Shown one piece after another: positions 34,215 to 45,535 of a stretch of 64,000 bases of DNA. Numbering within the stretch: the stretch's first letter is position 1; every line of letters begins with the position of its first letter. The position numbers and the translations under genes are program-made. The notes under the pieces were generated by a model. It was not told where the DNA came from. It was given only the letters and a program-made list of their open reading frames with translations, and searched no databases. The stretch comes from Williopsis jadinii. Taxonomy: Eukaryota. Location of the stretch: assembly GCA_024346625.1 (NCBI GenBank), contig AP024665.1, positions 1,488,001 to 1,552,000 on the forward strand, read 5' to 3'.

Positions 34215-35507
34215 TTAAAGCCAATTCTGTTGACGTAGAAAGTCGTAGATCTTATTCGCCTTAACTGGGTCGACTCTTAAAACTTCTTTGCACGATTTCT
34301 TCTTCAAGACACCTCCACTCTTCAAACTTTCACGGAATAGGGATTCTTTGATAACGATGTACGATTTCGGCAACATCTTCAACTGTAGACACAGTTCCTG
34401 TTCATCAGGGCTTAACAAATGAAAGTCATGTGCATGTTGAATGTCGCTAAACGTCAATGGACGACCACGTTTCAGAGAGCCGTCCTGTTTTGATCTGGCA
34501 GTGGAATGCTGTAACGAATTAGCAGTGTGTCGTGATCCATTGGCATTAGGCAATCCATATCTCTGTAGATGTTGCATTCTCGTCAGTTTATCCTTCTCGT
34601 AACGTGCACCGGCATCCAAATTCGTGATACCGTTACGTCTCCACTCTTGGAGTTGATTTATACGAATACGGCAGTGCAATTCGCTCAACAGGTCCTTTGT
34701 AAAGCCTTCGAAATCCTGTGGTGTCATAACACGAGCGTATGCCTTAGCCTTGTTGTACAGCTCCCTCTCCTCTTTTGACCTCTTTTTATCGACAGCAGCC
34801 AGCTTTCTGTACTCCATCATGTTGTTATCAAAGAGCAGTCTCTTCTTTTCAGCTCTGGTGGTCAACCGCTCGTTGTAGATATCTAATATAGCCAGCTTCA
34901 GCTCAATATCAATGGGCTGGTCATCTGGATCGAATAGCATGTCTTTAACTGTCATCTCTGCCTCGTTTTCAAACTCATGTTCGAATTCCAAACGTCCAGG
35001 CATAAAGCCTTGAATGTCGTGACACAACGGTACAGATGCCTGTGGTTTCCTTGGTGGTGGTAGGGGGGCATTTCTCCTCTCATCTATACGAGCTTTGCGC
35101 CTTTTAGCCAAGTCAGTGGTACTAACATGTGAAAAGTCCTTATGCATTTCAGGCAGAGGATAGTCCTTGGAATTGAGGTAGATATCTTCATAGTGCTTAC
35201 CAACTTCCTCCTTTGAACGACCGCCGATATGATCAGCAACCTCTTGCCAATTACCGAGACCCAGCGTCTGTGCACCAGTGATCAGTGCCAGTTCCTCATC
35301 AGCACCCCAGTCTTCGTCGAAGATGGGGTAAGTATGCGTCTCTATCACTTTGTAATCATGATAAGGCATATGGTTACCAGTGTACAACCCCTGCGAAAAG
35401 CATGGAACACACAGATCGTACTCCGAACACACTGCACATGAGATACGTACACGGTTGGTACAGTCGGACGAGCACACGTCGCAGTGGAATTTGTTCAATG
35501 CTGACAT
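34215..35507 (-). CDS. ADA2: SAGA/ADA adaptor Ada2 (ZZ finger, SANT, SWIRM)
   Basis: FHCDVCSSDCTNRVRISCAVC, DWGADEEL, GLGNWQ, GFMPGRLEF motifs. Confidence 0.97.
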   Translation of the reverse strand: MSALNKFHCDVCSSDCTNRVRISCAVCSEYDLCVPCFSQGLYTGNHMPYHDYKVIETHTYPIFDEDWGADEELALITGAQTLGLGNWQEVADHIGGRSKEEVGKHYEDIYLNSKDYPLPEMHKDFSHVSTTDLAKRRKARIDERRNAPLPPPRKPQASVPLCHDIQGFMPGRLEFEHEFENEAEMTVKDMLFDPDDQPIDIELKLAILDIYNERLTTRAEKKRLLFDNNMMEYRKLAAVDKKRSKEERELYNKAKAYARVMTPQDFEGFTKDLLSELHCRIRINQLQEWRRNGITNLDAGARYEKDKLTRMQHLQRYGLPNANGSRHTANSLQHSTARSKQDGSLKRGRPLTFSDIQHAHDFHLLSPDEQELCLQLKMLPKSYIVIKESLFRESLKSGGVLKKKSCKEVLRVDPVKANKIYDFLRQQNWL

Positions 35508-36071
35508 CTGCCTCTATTGTGTATATCAAATATGCTTTGTGAACAGGTTAACGATGGAATGAACAGTGGGAATCAATCCGGAGTAGGAAGTAAACGACAG
35601 GGGTCTCAAGCACTGTGGAGCCCTGATGTCTAATGCGTTACTTGTTGATTTCTACCGGTGTCGTTGATGACTTTCTTAGTGCTTCCGTTGTTTACTGTTC
35701 TTGCGTCGATGACTCGGTCGAGAAGGGGATGTTTACAAACAGAGGAAAACACACAATTGGTGCCCTCGACATTGCAGGCACGTGATGTGGAGGTAGGGCT
35801 TTGTTTTTCAAGAAAGGGAACACCTGAACACCAGATTTATGACTGCAATTGGATGGGCACGAATCGAGATGAAAAACATCCTAACACCAAGGTGACGCAG
35901 AGGTTGTGTCGTTACATAAGAAAACGCGGAATTTGGCTGTCACGATTACATAAGCTCTATACAAATTCAGAGTGCGTAGGAGGGAAAAAATGTTGAAATT
36001 TGTTGAAAAAGTGTGAACTTCCTTGACAACGTTGTAGAGGAAAGGAACTATCTCAACATCTATAAACAAAA

Positions 36072-36839
36072 ATGGTATGTACTCTTCATCGATGAGTTTA
36101 TTGTATTGGGTGCCTCGATGGATAATATGGATGCTCTAAGTTCGTCTGTGTGGGACGGTTAACCTGACGTTTGAGGGTGTGTACCCTATGGAAGCGAAGA
36201 TCAGGTCAGTAACCAAAGATATATGGAGAGTAAAACAAGTGATGAAATATCAATCATAGAGGGCAAAGTTTATCACATACACGAATGGTTAGCCCTTGGT
36301 CATTTAAGGTTCACATCCTCAGCTAACTATTTGAACGTTGTTAGCAGCTTTCCAAATACTATCATGGACTATATACATAACTAAATTCTCCATCCACCGA
36401 ACCAAGTTACTAACCATACAAACAGGGTCGTGTTAGAACAAAAACCGTTAAGAGAGCTTCTAAGGCTTTGATTGAGCGTTACTACCCAAAGTTGACTTTG
36501 GACTTTGAGACCAACAAGCGTTTGACCTCTGAGATTGCTACCATCCCATCCAAGCGTTTGAGAAACAAGATTGCTGGTTACACCACCCACTTGATGAAGA
36601 GAATTCAAAAGGGTCCAGTTAGAGGTATTTCCTTCAAGTTGCAAGAGGAGGAGCGTGAGAGAAAGGACCAATACGTTCCAGAAGTTTCTGCTTTGGACTT
36701 GTCTCACACCAAGAACCAATTGGAGGTTGACCAACAAACCGCTGACTTGGTTAAGTCTTTGGGTTTCGACTTGCCAATCTCTGTCATTGCTGTTTCTTCT
36801 CAAAGAGGTGCTGAGAGACGTTTCAGAAAGAGAAACTAA
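36072..36839 (+). CDS. RPS17: 40S ribosomal protein S17 (eS17); join(36072..36074,36426..36839)
   Basis: ATG|GTATGT at 36075, TACTAAC at 36408, CAG at 36425; [48 protein letters not shown]. Confidence 0.98.
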
Positions 36840-36942
36840 GCATTTTTCCTATATTTTTAGTCTCTTCTCTTCTGTAAAAATATAATCACTGGTTTAAGGT
36901 AAAGGAAGGCTTGTAGAAATCTCTAGCATAATATCGAGCTTA

Positions 36943-37875
36943 TTATAAACTGATTGAGTTTTTAATCTCATCTCCAAGTTTCTGTAGTTTTTGCAACTTC
37001 TCCTTGACTTGAAGATGCCTTGTCTCCAACTCAGACCCGCGCCGGTTCAACTGTGGAAAGACAAACTCAAACTTCAAGCTCAGCTTCATCCTGGCACTGA
37101 CAATCTTTTCAACCAAGCGGTATTGCTTATCGACAAGTGAAACTCCATGCGCCATCCAGTTGTCAAACCCACCGCACACAACCTTTGAATATTCGCCTCT
37201 TAACATCAGATTGTCAATTGATTTGAACACATCGTCAAAGTTCAAACCCTCATTATCCACAAGGCGTTCCGGAATTAGAGTAAACGGAGGTGGTGGCTTG
37301 AAGCATGGGACAAGTTCTGTTTGCTTCCTCTTGTTCTTCGTTTCTGGTGTGGATTCGTTCATGGGCTGTGGTCCACCTCCACCGCCCACAGAAGACTTCA
37401 ACTTCAGCACAGGCTTGGAAGATGATGGTACAACCTTTGGGTTCTTCTGCTTGTTGGTTGAAGTCAAATCGTCATTTTTCGAGGAGGATCGTTTCCTGGT
37501 TGGGGTGTCATCTAACTCTGTGCTCTCTAAGGGCAATAACAGCTTTGAAGCAGGTTGATCCACGACGTGTTGCCTATCGATTGGTTTCATCGCTGGTTTA
37601 GTCAGCTTTTCATCGGGTGTTATTGGACCTCTCCCCTTTGTTGCATGGTTCGACACTGGCTTATTCGACTGCTTCAAACCAGGCTCGGTCTTCACCTTGA
37701 CCTGTTTCTTCACAGGCACCACCTTCGCCTTACCCGTAGCATTAGCCGCTGTAGTTGATGTGTTACTGGAAACCAAGTAGACAGAGCGGTTAGTGATCTT
37801 AACTTGATCAGAATTGGTTGAAATGATTCAGTGTATCGCTATAAACCTTTTCGGCATTGAAGCTGCGGATTTCAT
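36943..37875 (-). CDS. ECM11: Ecm11-like meiotic synaptonemal complex protein; predicted complement join(36943..37765,37847..37875)
   Basis: C-terminal FDNW...G..L......LV.KI..AR.KL..KF coiled-coil domain; adjacent to RPS17 and ADA2 as YDR446W-448W. ORF has no early ATG; an 81-nt intron GTTTAT..CACTAAC..TTTCCAG joins an upstream in-frame ATG. Confidence 0.7.
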
Positions 37876-38926
37876 GCTGACCGCCTGGTTCGTTCAACTA
37901 ACCGCTGTGTATGTTGTTGTTGTTGTTCATTTTGCAAAACATTTGACAGTTTTGACACAATTTTGCGAAGCAAGCAAACCCCACCAGAAAACACATATCC
38001 GCTGGAGGGCGGTCTGGGCCCCCAAGGCGCAACCCCCTAGAAATGCACATCGGAAGAGCCAGGCCGAGCTTGCCATGGGACGTTTAGAAGCAAACGACTG
38101 GTAAGCAGACACAGCACAGGGCACACAACACACAACACACAACACACACAGCACACATAGCATACACACACGACTACACACCCACACCACCGAGCTCAAA
38201 TCAACAGTTTATCACCACCGATACTCGATTCCCCCGATCTGTTCGATACAGAATCCGGCTCTCTCGCCCTCCAGCATGCGACCCCTAATGGTACGCCGCA
38301 AGATGACACCTAATTCTTGACACAACCACACCCACGCACCACTGGAACGACAACCGTAGCCAATCAACTATCGCTTGGACGAGCCCGCCGTGATTGTGTG
38401 ATTATGCTGACGTGAACACTACACACATATAGCCTTTAAGCACATGCCTTCACTGTGCCTTTTATTATTGTAGATAGCAAAAAGCAAGCAACGCTACGAG
38501 TGTTTTACCATCGAATTACTCCCCCGCCCCTTCGATACGCAAGCTGTAGACGCTCATTGCTTTAAGGTTCCTGTTGGTACACACCGTCTCAGGCTACACG
38601 GATAGCTACGATGCACCCTTTTGGGTTGCTGTTGCTGCTGCTGTATGATTATGAAAGTGTGTGTGGTTTGTGTGACTGTTGATCAGTTCATTCATATTAG
38701 GCTTGTCGCTCAGCCCTTTGAGTCTGTTTCCGAGGTTGTTTATATAAGGTTGGACAATAGCCGTCTTTTGCTGTCTTCCATGGTTTAACAGCCTCCACTA
38801 GCCATATACATCAGTCGGTGTGTGATCAAACTAGGTATCTCGAGCCAATAGTAAGCCGTTGACTGTTCCCCCTTATAGTGCCTCCTCTAACTGTATTCAC
38901 AAGACCTCTGAATCTGCCAAACAGCC

Positions 38927-39376
38927 ATGGACTGTCTCTATATGGTGCACCCAAACAATGTTCTCACCCAGGTAGACTCGCTCACAATACCGAGCCTGGA
39001 GAGAAGAAGGGATGCGCTGAAGGAATGCATCACATCAGACACATTTGAAGATGAGCTGGACCGCAGACTGAAAACCTCTGAGCTGAAGTACATCGACGCC
39101 TATCTGCGCGTGATGAAGAAGGTGCTCAGCATTGGTGAAAAGTGCCAGGTTGACGGGTGTGGAGAGTATGACTACGACCGTGAAAATGAGATCCTCGATG
39201 AGATCTCAGACGACATGGCTGAGTTGAAGACTGCTGAAAGAGAGGTTTGTCAGTGCAAGAGCGAATGCTCGTCTAGAAAGTCTTCAACGGTGCACTTGGA
39301 GAACGCTGCCACTGCCACCACAGCTGCTGGGGTCGCCACCACTCCGTCTGCTACAGCAAAGACTACGCTTATATAG
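38927..39376 (+). CDS. Hypothetical 149-aa acidic, Cys-containing protein
   Basis: ATG in good context (CAGCCATGG); TATATAA at about 38741; family not recognised. Confidence 0.65.
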   Translation: MDCLYMVHPNNVLTQVDSLTIPSLERRRDALKECITSDTFEDELDRRLKTSELKYIDAYLRVMKKVLSIGEKCQVDGCGEYDYDRENEILDEISDDMAELKTAEREVCQCKSECSSRKSSTVHLENAATATTAAGVATTPSATAKTTLI

Positions 39377-39627
39377 TGGTTTGTATAACAACGGGTTTGT
39401 TTAACAGCGCGTTTGTAATGAATGTTCACGTTAAAATTGGTTTTGATCAGGCTTAGGGGGCTTTTTATGAAACTACGTCATAAGTTTTGATGTACGCGGT
39501 AACTGTAGAAATCAGTGCGCCAAATACCGATGTGAAATTCTCACTTCGAAGGGAGACACTGTAATTGGATCAACAACAAATCGCTAAGGACTCTCTGCAC
39601 TGATCTCCAGGTGATTCATAGACGAGG

Positions 39628-40410
39628 ATGAGACTACCGCTGTTGCTGCTTGCTGGTCTTGTACCGTTATCCCTGTGTGAGGTTTTCCCGCTGAACAAAC
39701 AGCTGAAACCGCCAACGATTGCTCCTTACTCCATCGGTGATGACGTGGCGGTGGAATGTATCCAGCGTCAGATCGATACCGGTGAGCACAAGTTTGACGC
39801 TGATGGCAACATCATCTATGGCCAGTTCCCAGTATGTGCTGAGACGGGCAAGCCACTCTCCTTGAGATACGGCATCTCTGATGATTTCAACTGTACCGTG
39901 GCATTGACAGACGAGCAGTTCCACCTGTTCCAGCTATACATCCACGAGGACTCGCCATTCTCATGCCGTGTTCCTTACTCGTCCAATCCACAGGATGCCG
40001 CCATACCATTCACCCTGAACTTCAGAGGTCATCTGGAGACGAGTCATCTCGATATCGACACCACCATGAACGTCATGGCCCATAAGCACAAGGACGGCAC
40101 TATCATGACCATGATCGGCTACGCGTCCGGCTCTCAAACAAAGCGGTACATCATCGGTGACCAGCTCACCATCCAATTCAGCGTCAACTGGGTTGAAGAG
40201 TCCCATAGACACAATGACGACACGTTCTTCACTGTCAGGATTGGATTTGGCGTGAAGTTCTTGTGGATCGTTGCCCTGGCCAGTGCCACCATTGGTGGTC
40301 TTCTTGTATTCGTGACTCTTTACACAAGATTTAACAAGAAACTCATCAAAGAACTGGGATATACACCTGGGTTTACCACCGAGCTGGGCATTGCCTCGAA
40401 GAAGGACTGA
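39628..40410 (+). CDS. Uncharacterised type I membrane protein (signal peptide, Cys-containing lumenal domain, C-terminal TM)
   Basis: MRLPLLLLAGLVPLSLC leader; TM FLWIVALASATIGGLLVFVTLY; basic cytosolic tail. Confidence 0.8.
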   Translation: MRLPLLLLAGLVPLSLCEVFPLNKQLKPPTIAPYSIGDDVAVECIQRQIDTGEHKFDADGNIIYGQFPVCAETGKPLSLRYGISDDFNCTVALTDEQFHLFQLYIHEDSPFSCRVPYSSNPQDAAIPFTLNFRGHLETSHLDIDTTMNVMAHKHKDGTIMTMIGYASGSQTKRYIIGDQLTIQFSVNWVEESHRHNDDTFFTVRIGFGVKFLWIVALASATIGGLLVFVTLYTRFNKKLIKELGYTPGFTTELGIASKKD

Positions 40411-40619
40411 ATGTACTGATAAACGTATAATAGTATCGCAAAACCGCAGAAAAAAGTATACATAGGACGCATACAATGGACGATGATCGTTAATATGTCT
40501 CATCTATTGATACAGCAATATATAGCTCCCCCATATATACCAAATGGCCCCATATAGCCACCTTGTTCATCATCCCAATATACAGAGGTGATGGATTACG
40601 TAATAAAAGTGCACCGAGA

Positions 40620-40667
40620 GCTCATCGCCAAAAATTTTCAAAGCTCATCCGCTTTTTTTTTTTCACT
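40620..40667. promoter_or_regulatory. PAC and RRPE ribosome-biogenesis elements
   Basis: GCTCATCGC (PAC, reverse) at 40620, AAAATTTTCA (RRPE, reverse) at 40631, a second GCTCATC at 40643 and a T-tract, all just upstream of UTP6. Confidence 0.8.
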
Positions 40668-40721
40668 TGTGATGTTCTCACATACAAAGCACCTGTCTTT
40701 TTGGTAAGCGAAGGGGAAACA

Positions 40722-41963
40722 ATGTCTGCTAAAGTTAGATACTACTTGGAGCAATCTGTTCCTGAACTAGAGGATCTTCAGAAGAAAGGTCTATTTGATA
40801 AGCATGAGATCAACCTCATCATGAGAAGAAGAACAGATTTTGAACATAGGCTGTCGAGCCGTGGGTCTAAGCCAAGGGATTATACCAAATACGCCGAATA
40901 CGAAAGTAACGTTGAAAAACTGCGTCGTAAACGTTACACAAGGCTATCGTCTGTTGGATTGGTGAATACGAAGCCCTCCATCTCAGACTGGGCCTATGAG
41001 AGACGTGTGTCGTTTATCTATGATCGTGCGGTTCAAAAGTTCCCTAACGATTTCACCATTTGGGAAGATTACATCAGATTTGCTAGAAAGCAAAAGATGT
41101 TCAAAAAGATCTATAAGATCTATACACAACTGCTGCAATTGCATCCAACCTCGGTGGCGTCCTGGATCAGCGCCGCAAACTTTGAATACGAATACGTCGG
41201 CAGTGCAAAGAATGCAAGAACGCTGTTCCAACGTGCGCTTAGATTCAACCAGGACTCTAAGAAATTATGGCTAACGTACACCATTTTCGAACTGTCGTAC
41301 ATTACAAAGCTGCTCACAAGAAGAAGAATTCTTGGGTTGATGACCGAGAAGCAACAGTTGGAGCACGAGCAGAGTGAAGCCAAGTCCATGGGCCAGGACG
41401 ACGGTCTCATTGAACTACCAAGTGTGACCAACGATGAGCTCAAATCACAGCTCAACACCTTGCCGGATGCTGATATGAATATGCTCGGTAATCCAGAGAC
41501 AAACCCTGCATTGAGAGGTGACATTGCACTCACAGTCTTTGACGTATGTATCGAAACGTTGTACAAGTTGAAGCGCAACACCAATATCAGCGAATTCGAG
41601 TTCAAGTATGACTTGTGTTTGGAGTTCCTGTCGTTGATGGATAAGTTTGACGGCTTGAACAGAGAATACTTGGAACAGCACGTCATCAACTACTTGATGA
41701 GACAGTTCCAGAACGAGCCTAGTGTCGTTGTCCTCGATGTCACTCTTCCAATTAGAAACGTATCATTCGAAAACGAGCAATTCGTTGAACTGTTACAGAG
41801 CTGTACAAAGAAGTATTTGGCTTATAAGGCTAAACTTCAGGATGAGCATGCAAAGACAGAGTTGAAGTCTCAATTTGCAAAGTTTCTCAACAAGTATCTG
41901 GAGGATGAGTCTATCGAGGAGAACACAAGACAACTCATCCGTGCCATTACTAAGAGATTGTGA
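40722..41963 (+). CDS. UTP6: U3 snoRNP/SSU processome protein Utp6 (HAT repeats)
   Basis: ATG at 40722. KVRYYLEQSVPELEDL, IMRRRTDFEHRL, LLQLHP, ARTLFQRALRFN, MLGNPETNPALRGDIAL motifs. Confidence 0.95.
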   Translation: MSAKVRYYLEQSVPELEDLQKKGLFDKHEINLIMRRRTDFEHRLSSRGSKPRDYTKYAEYESNVEKLRRKRYTRLSSVGLVNTKPSISDWAYERRVSFIYDRAVQKFPNDFTIWEDYIRFARKQKMFKKIYKIYTQLLQLHPTSVASWISAANFEYEYVGSAKNARTLFQRALRFNQDSKKLWLTYTIFELSYITKLLTRRRILGLMTEKQQLEHEQSEAKSMGQDDGLIELPSVTNDELKSQLNTLPDADMNMLGNPETNPALRGDIALTVFDVCIETLYKLKRNTNISEFEFKYDLCLEFLSLMDKFDGLNREYLEQHVINYLMRQFQNEPSVVVLDVTLPIRNVSFENEQFVELLQSCTKKYLAYKAKLQDEHAKTELKSQFAKFLNKYLEDESIEENTRQLIRAITKRL

Positions 41964-44045
41964 AGAAGGTTTGACACTCCCTGCTGATAGATGTGGAAGT
42001 GTGTGTGTGTATTCCATGAATATATGATGTAAGCGGATTGCTATTGTAACATGCGTGTCCATTTCTGCCCAATTGGCTTCTATTTCAGTCAACTTCTGAT
42101 ACTGAAGCGTTCAATACTGCTTCAATGCTGAGACCTCTCGTAAACTGACGTATACGACTCTACCTTCACAACAGCTGCAACATGTCTTATAACGTACAGG
42201 TGTTATGGAGACAGAATGATCCTCATGTATGCTATAATTGCTGAAATTGATGAATCAATACACTACTCGTTGTCCCATGTGCCTATGTGTCAAGGTTGCT
42301 GGGAATTGACCACGCTGCAGTGTATGGCTGTTTCCCGAAACACCACGCATGGAACATTAATCCGTTTAATGGGGATCTACAACCAATCAATTTGATGGGT
42401 TCTTGACATTTGTGCGCTGCCACATGCTTACAATTGGTCAACATTGGAGTCCAGCATTATACAGGCGTTGTTTTGGTCTCATCATCGCACTTCGCTCTGT
42501 GTATGGGCTTCTTGTAGCAGTGAAATATATACGATTGGGAGAATATACGCCAATATGATGTCGACTTATATGTAGGGCTCGAGCGTATCGGATGGGATGT
42601 ACTGTGTGCTTGAATGGTGGTGCTCTATTTTCTCTGACATGTCCATATGCACCATCACTAATTGAACAGTATAGATCACATTCTCATAGCTTACAGATTC
42701 TCCCTGGAACCTACGTCTTGGTTTAAACTTACGACAGGAACATAAACCATGCTTGTTTCTTTCAAGCACAAGGGGATCGCTTAATACAATTGAGTACATG
42801 TTCTCTTGAAACTGTTTATTGATAGGCCTCCTGGGCCATGTAATAAGCAGTGGATGGTCCATATGTGGGTGTGGGTGTTTTCGATTGACCAATCACTGCA
42901 TTCTCCACTCTGTAGCTCTGAGTCCCCTCTAAACACAGCGTAAAGAGACAAACATGCGAGCTTAGAGAAAGGTCGCTTGGAATCGTCCGGAGCCATCATA
43001 ATCGTGATCACGAGCTCGACACGTAAGGGTAAATTTGATAAGCCAAACCCAGCCCATGCGCAAACTCCTAATCGCCTTATTCGTCTAGGCATTCGAAGAA
43101 AGCTATATATCATGATCGCATATAACCTACATTACAGTTTTACGGTTAGGTGGTCACACTTTATGCACTCTTGTTAGTATAACGAGAGGCGATGGTATTC
43201 CACTGGTTGTTGAATTCCAGGCTCAGAAAGACGACCTCTCCTCCCCCAAATCTCGCTATGTTTTCCCTGAAGAGCACCAGCTTATACACTGTGGGAACTC
43301 CATCACCAGCGCGATCTCAGCGGATTAGCCATGCATAGCTCATGGTACATGGGATGGTGTGAGTTTTCGGTTATCACCAGTTCCGGTGTAATCTTGACGA
43401 TGGAGGCCGTCACGTTGGGTGGCCGTTGATTAAACAAAGCTCACTCACTCACAATAACAACAGTAGCGCCCACTCTCCAATGGCAATTCCATCATGACCA
43501 CACTTATGATGATCTAAAAAATACTACACGTGAGGGGATGCTAGTAGCGAAACCTTACAGTTGTAACCTTGGCCGTAGTGTGTATCGACATGTCCTGTGT
43601 GTACTCCCACTTTGACCAGATTCCGCACCCAACTCGGCCATTTCCGTCTACGCCATGTGTTGGGTTTTGTCCCTGGAATGAGACTAACTCGCGAGCGTAG
43701 ACCAAACAGCCTCAACCATTTGACCTTAATTTTTGTTGAAGATAAAGGGGGAAGCCGAAAGAAAAGAAATTTGCAAAGTGGCCTGGAAGCATAGCAAGGA
43801 CAGCAACGTTCAAGGCATGATACACATAACATACATAGCCGAGTGGGAATGCGATTTTTAGTACCACGGATTTAGCCAAAGCCTTAGGTCGAGCCACCAC
43901 ATGGGAGTTCAAATCGGGTTATAGAGACAAAGCTTTGGTGTCAGGGCGTTGTCCACCTGAGATTATTGTGATATTATTCCAGACTCTCGTAGCGTGTGCT
44001 GTGTGCCGGTGTGTCAGTGGCTAGCAATGCGAGTTGAATTGGGCG

Positions 44046-44086
44046 GATTGGCTTGTCAGATTGGCTTGTCAGATTGGCTTGTCAGA
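44046..44086. repeat. Perfect 13-bp tandem repeat GATTGGCTTGTCA x3
   Basis: Units at 44046, 44059 and 44072, plus GA. Confidence 0.95.
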
Positions 44087-45535
44087 CGAAGCCCGTCCCT
44101 CCCACCACCGGGGCACCGTGGTGGATCAGATCACCCTGTATACACAGGACTCTGTCCAACGGAGGCAGGCAGTGCACTCTGCGTTACGGCTACATCGTAC
44201 GTTTCACGTAGAGACAAATTACCAACAGATTACTCATAGCGGCGGTTCCGGCTCTGCTGCTTTTACAAATGCCACTTTTTCAGACTGAGCCCGGCTAGTT
44301 GTTTGTTCAGCTGCGTATGAGCCATTGAACGCTCCTCGTGATAAATCACACAATCCTATCAGTGCTACCCCTTGGTGAGTTCACCATTAGCAGTTGCGTC
44401 GATAACGCTGGCCAGATTAGCCCACTAATTGGTCCTGCGTCCCGTACTACATAACTCGGGCTGTAAGCTGAGGTCATCGGCGTGCTGAGCAAGGTCCCAC
44501 CGCGCCGTATCCTACTTTTGCATACAGCACATGCACTGGTACGTAAAGGAGAAAGTGAAGACAAACGATTCTTGAGTTAAGACAATAGTGGTGGTGCTGG
44601 TGATGGTGGTGGGGATGTGGCCTCCCTTGTCGTACTGTTGCACACAGTGAAATGTGTGTGCCAGCACCCCCTTCTGGTGTCAGATTCACCATGGCTTATC
44701 ACAGAAGAGTGGGGGAGGCCTTGTAAAGTGTCATTCCTGGGGGCAGGTGTCTTGACACATATGTCATACCATGGTTTCGTAAACTGTCAATAACTGTCAC
44801 ATACTTTCACCTACACAGCATACAATACGAACCATCTAACTGCAGTGCCTTGATAGCATAGCACGCAAAGGCCATCCACAGGATAAGCCATGGCACATTA
44901 GCACACACCCGCCGAGATTCGTCTGCGTTTCAGTCCCACCTCCCTCGTCCTGGAGGGGTGGTTCGTCCCAAAGTCCCCAACTACGCTTCCCTTCAAACGT
45001 CCAAAGTTGGCGAACAGCGCCACTACTTCCCACCAACTTGCGTAGAGCCCAGCAACTGTGCCAGAAAGGCCCGTAAAAAAGAAAAGTACAAAGTTTATTG
45101 TTGTATAAAAGGCAGGTCAAAGTACCCGCAGATTTCGAGTCCCACGATTTCCTTTGTCTGTAAAATTAGTTCCTTAACCTTCTTATTTTTTCTCTCCATT
45201 ATTTCAAGTCACATTTCTAGACAAAGGTCGTGGGGCTCATAGAAAAAAAAGAAAGTGCGGCACTGATCACGTCCTTCTGCAATTTATTATTTTTGGCTTC
45301 GGTTTTGTGTTGCGTGTGTGTGTGTGTTGTGTGTTTTGTTTTTCCTGATTCTTGGGGGGACTTTGCATACACGGCGGCTAAGACGTTATTTATTCCTATA
45401 AACACCCAGGAAATTTTCTCTTTTCTGAAACCAAAACAACAACAACATACAATTGCTACCATAAAGATTAGAAACTACAGGGTTAAAGTCGCACCGAGAG
45501 AGGTTTATTAGAGTGTGCAGAGACGAGACGCGGAG

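Noticed and set aside
36239..36245. C-box GTGATGA in the RPS17 intron (intronic snoRNA)
   Set aside because: No downstream CTGA D-box or terminal stem within the intron.
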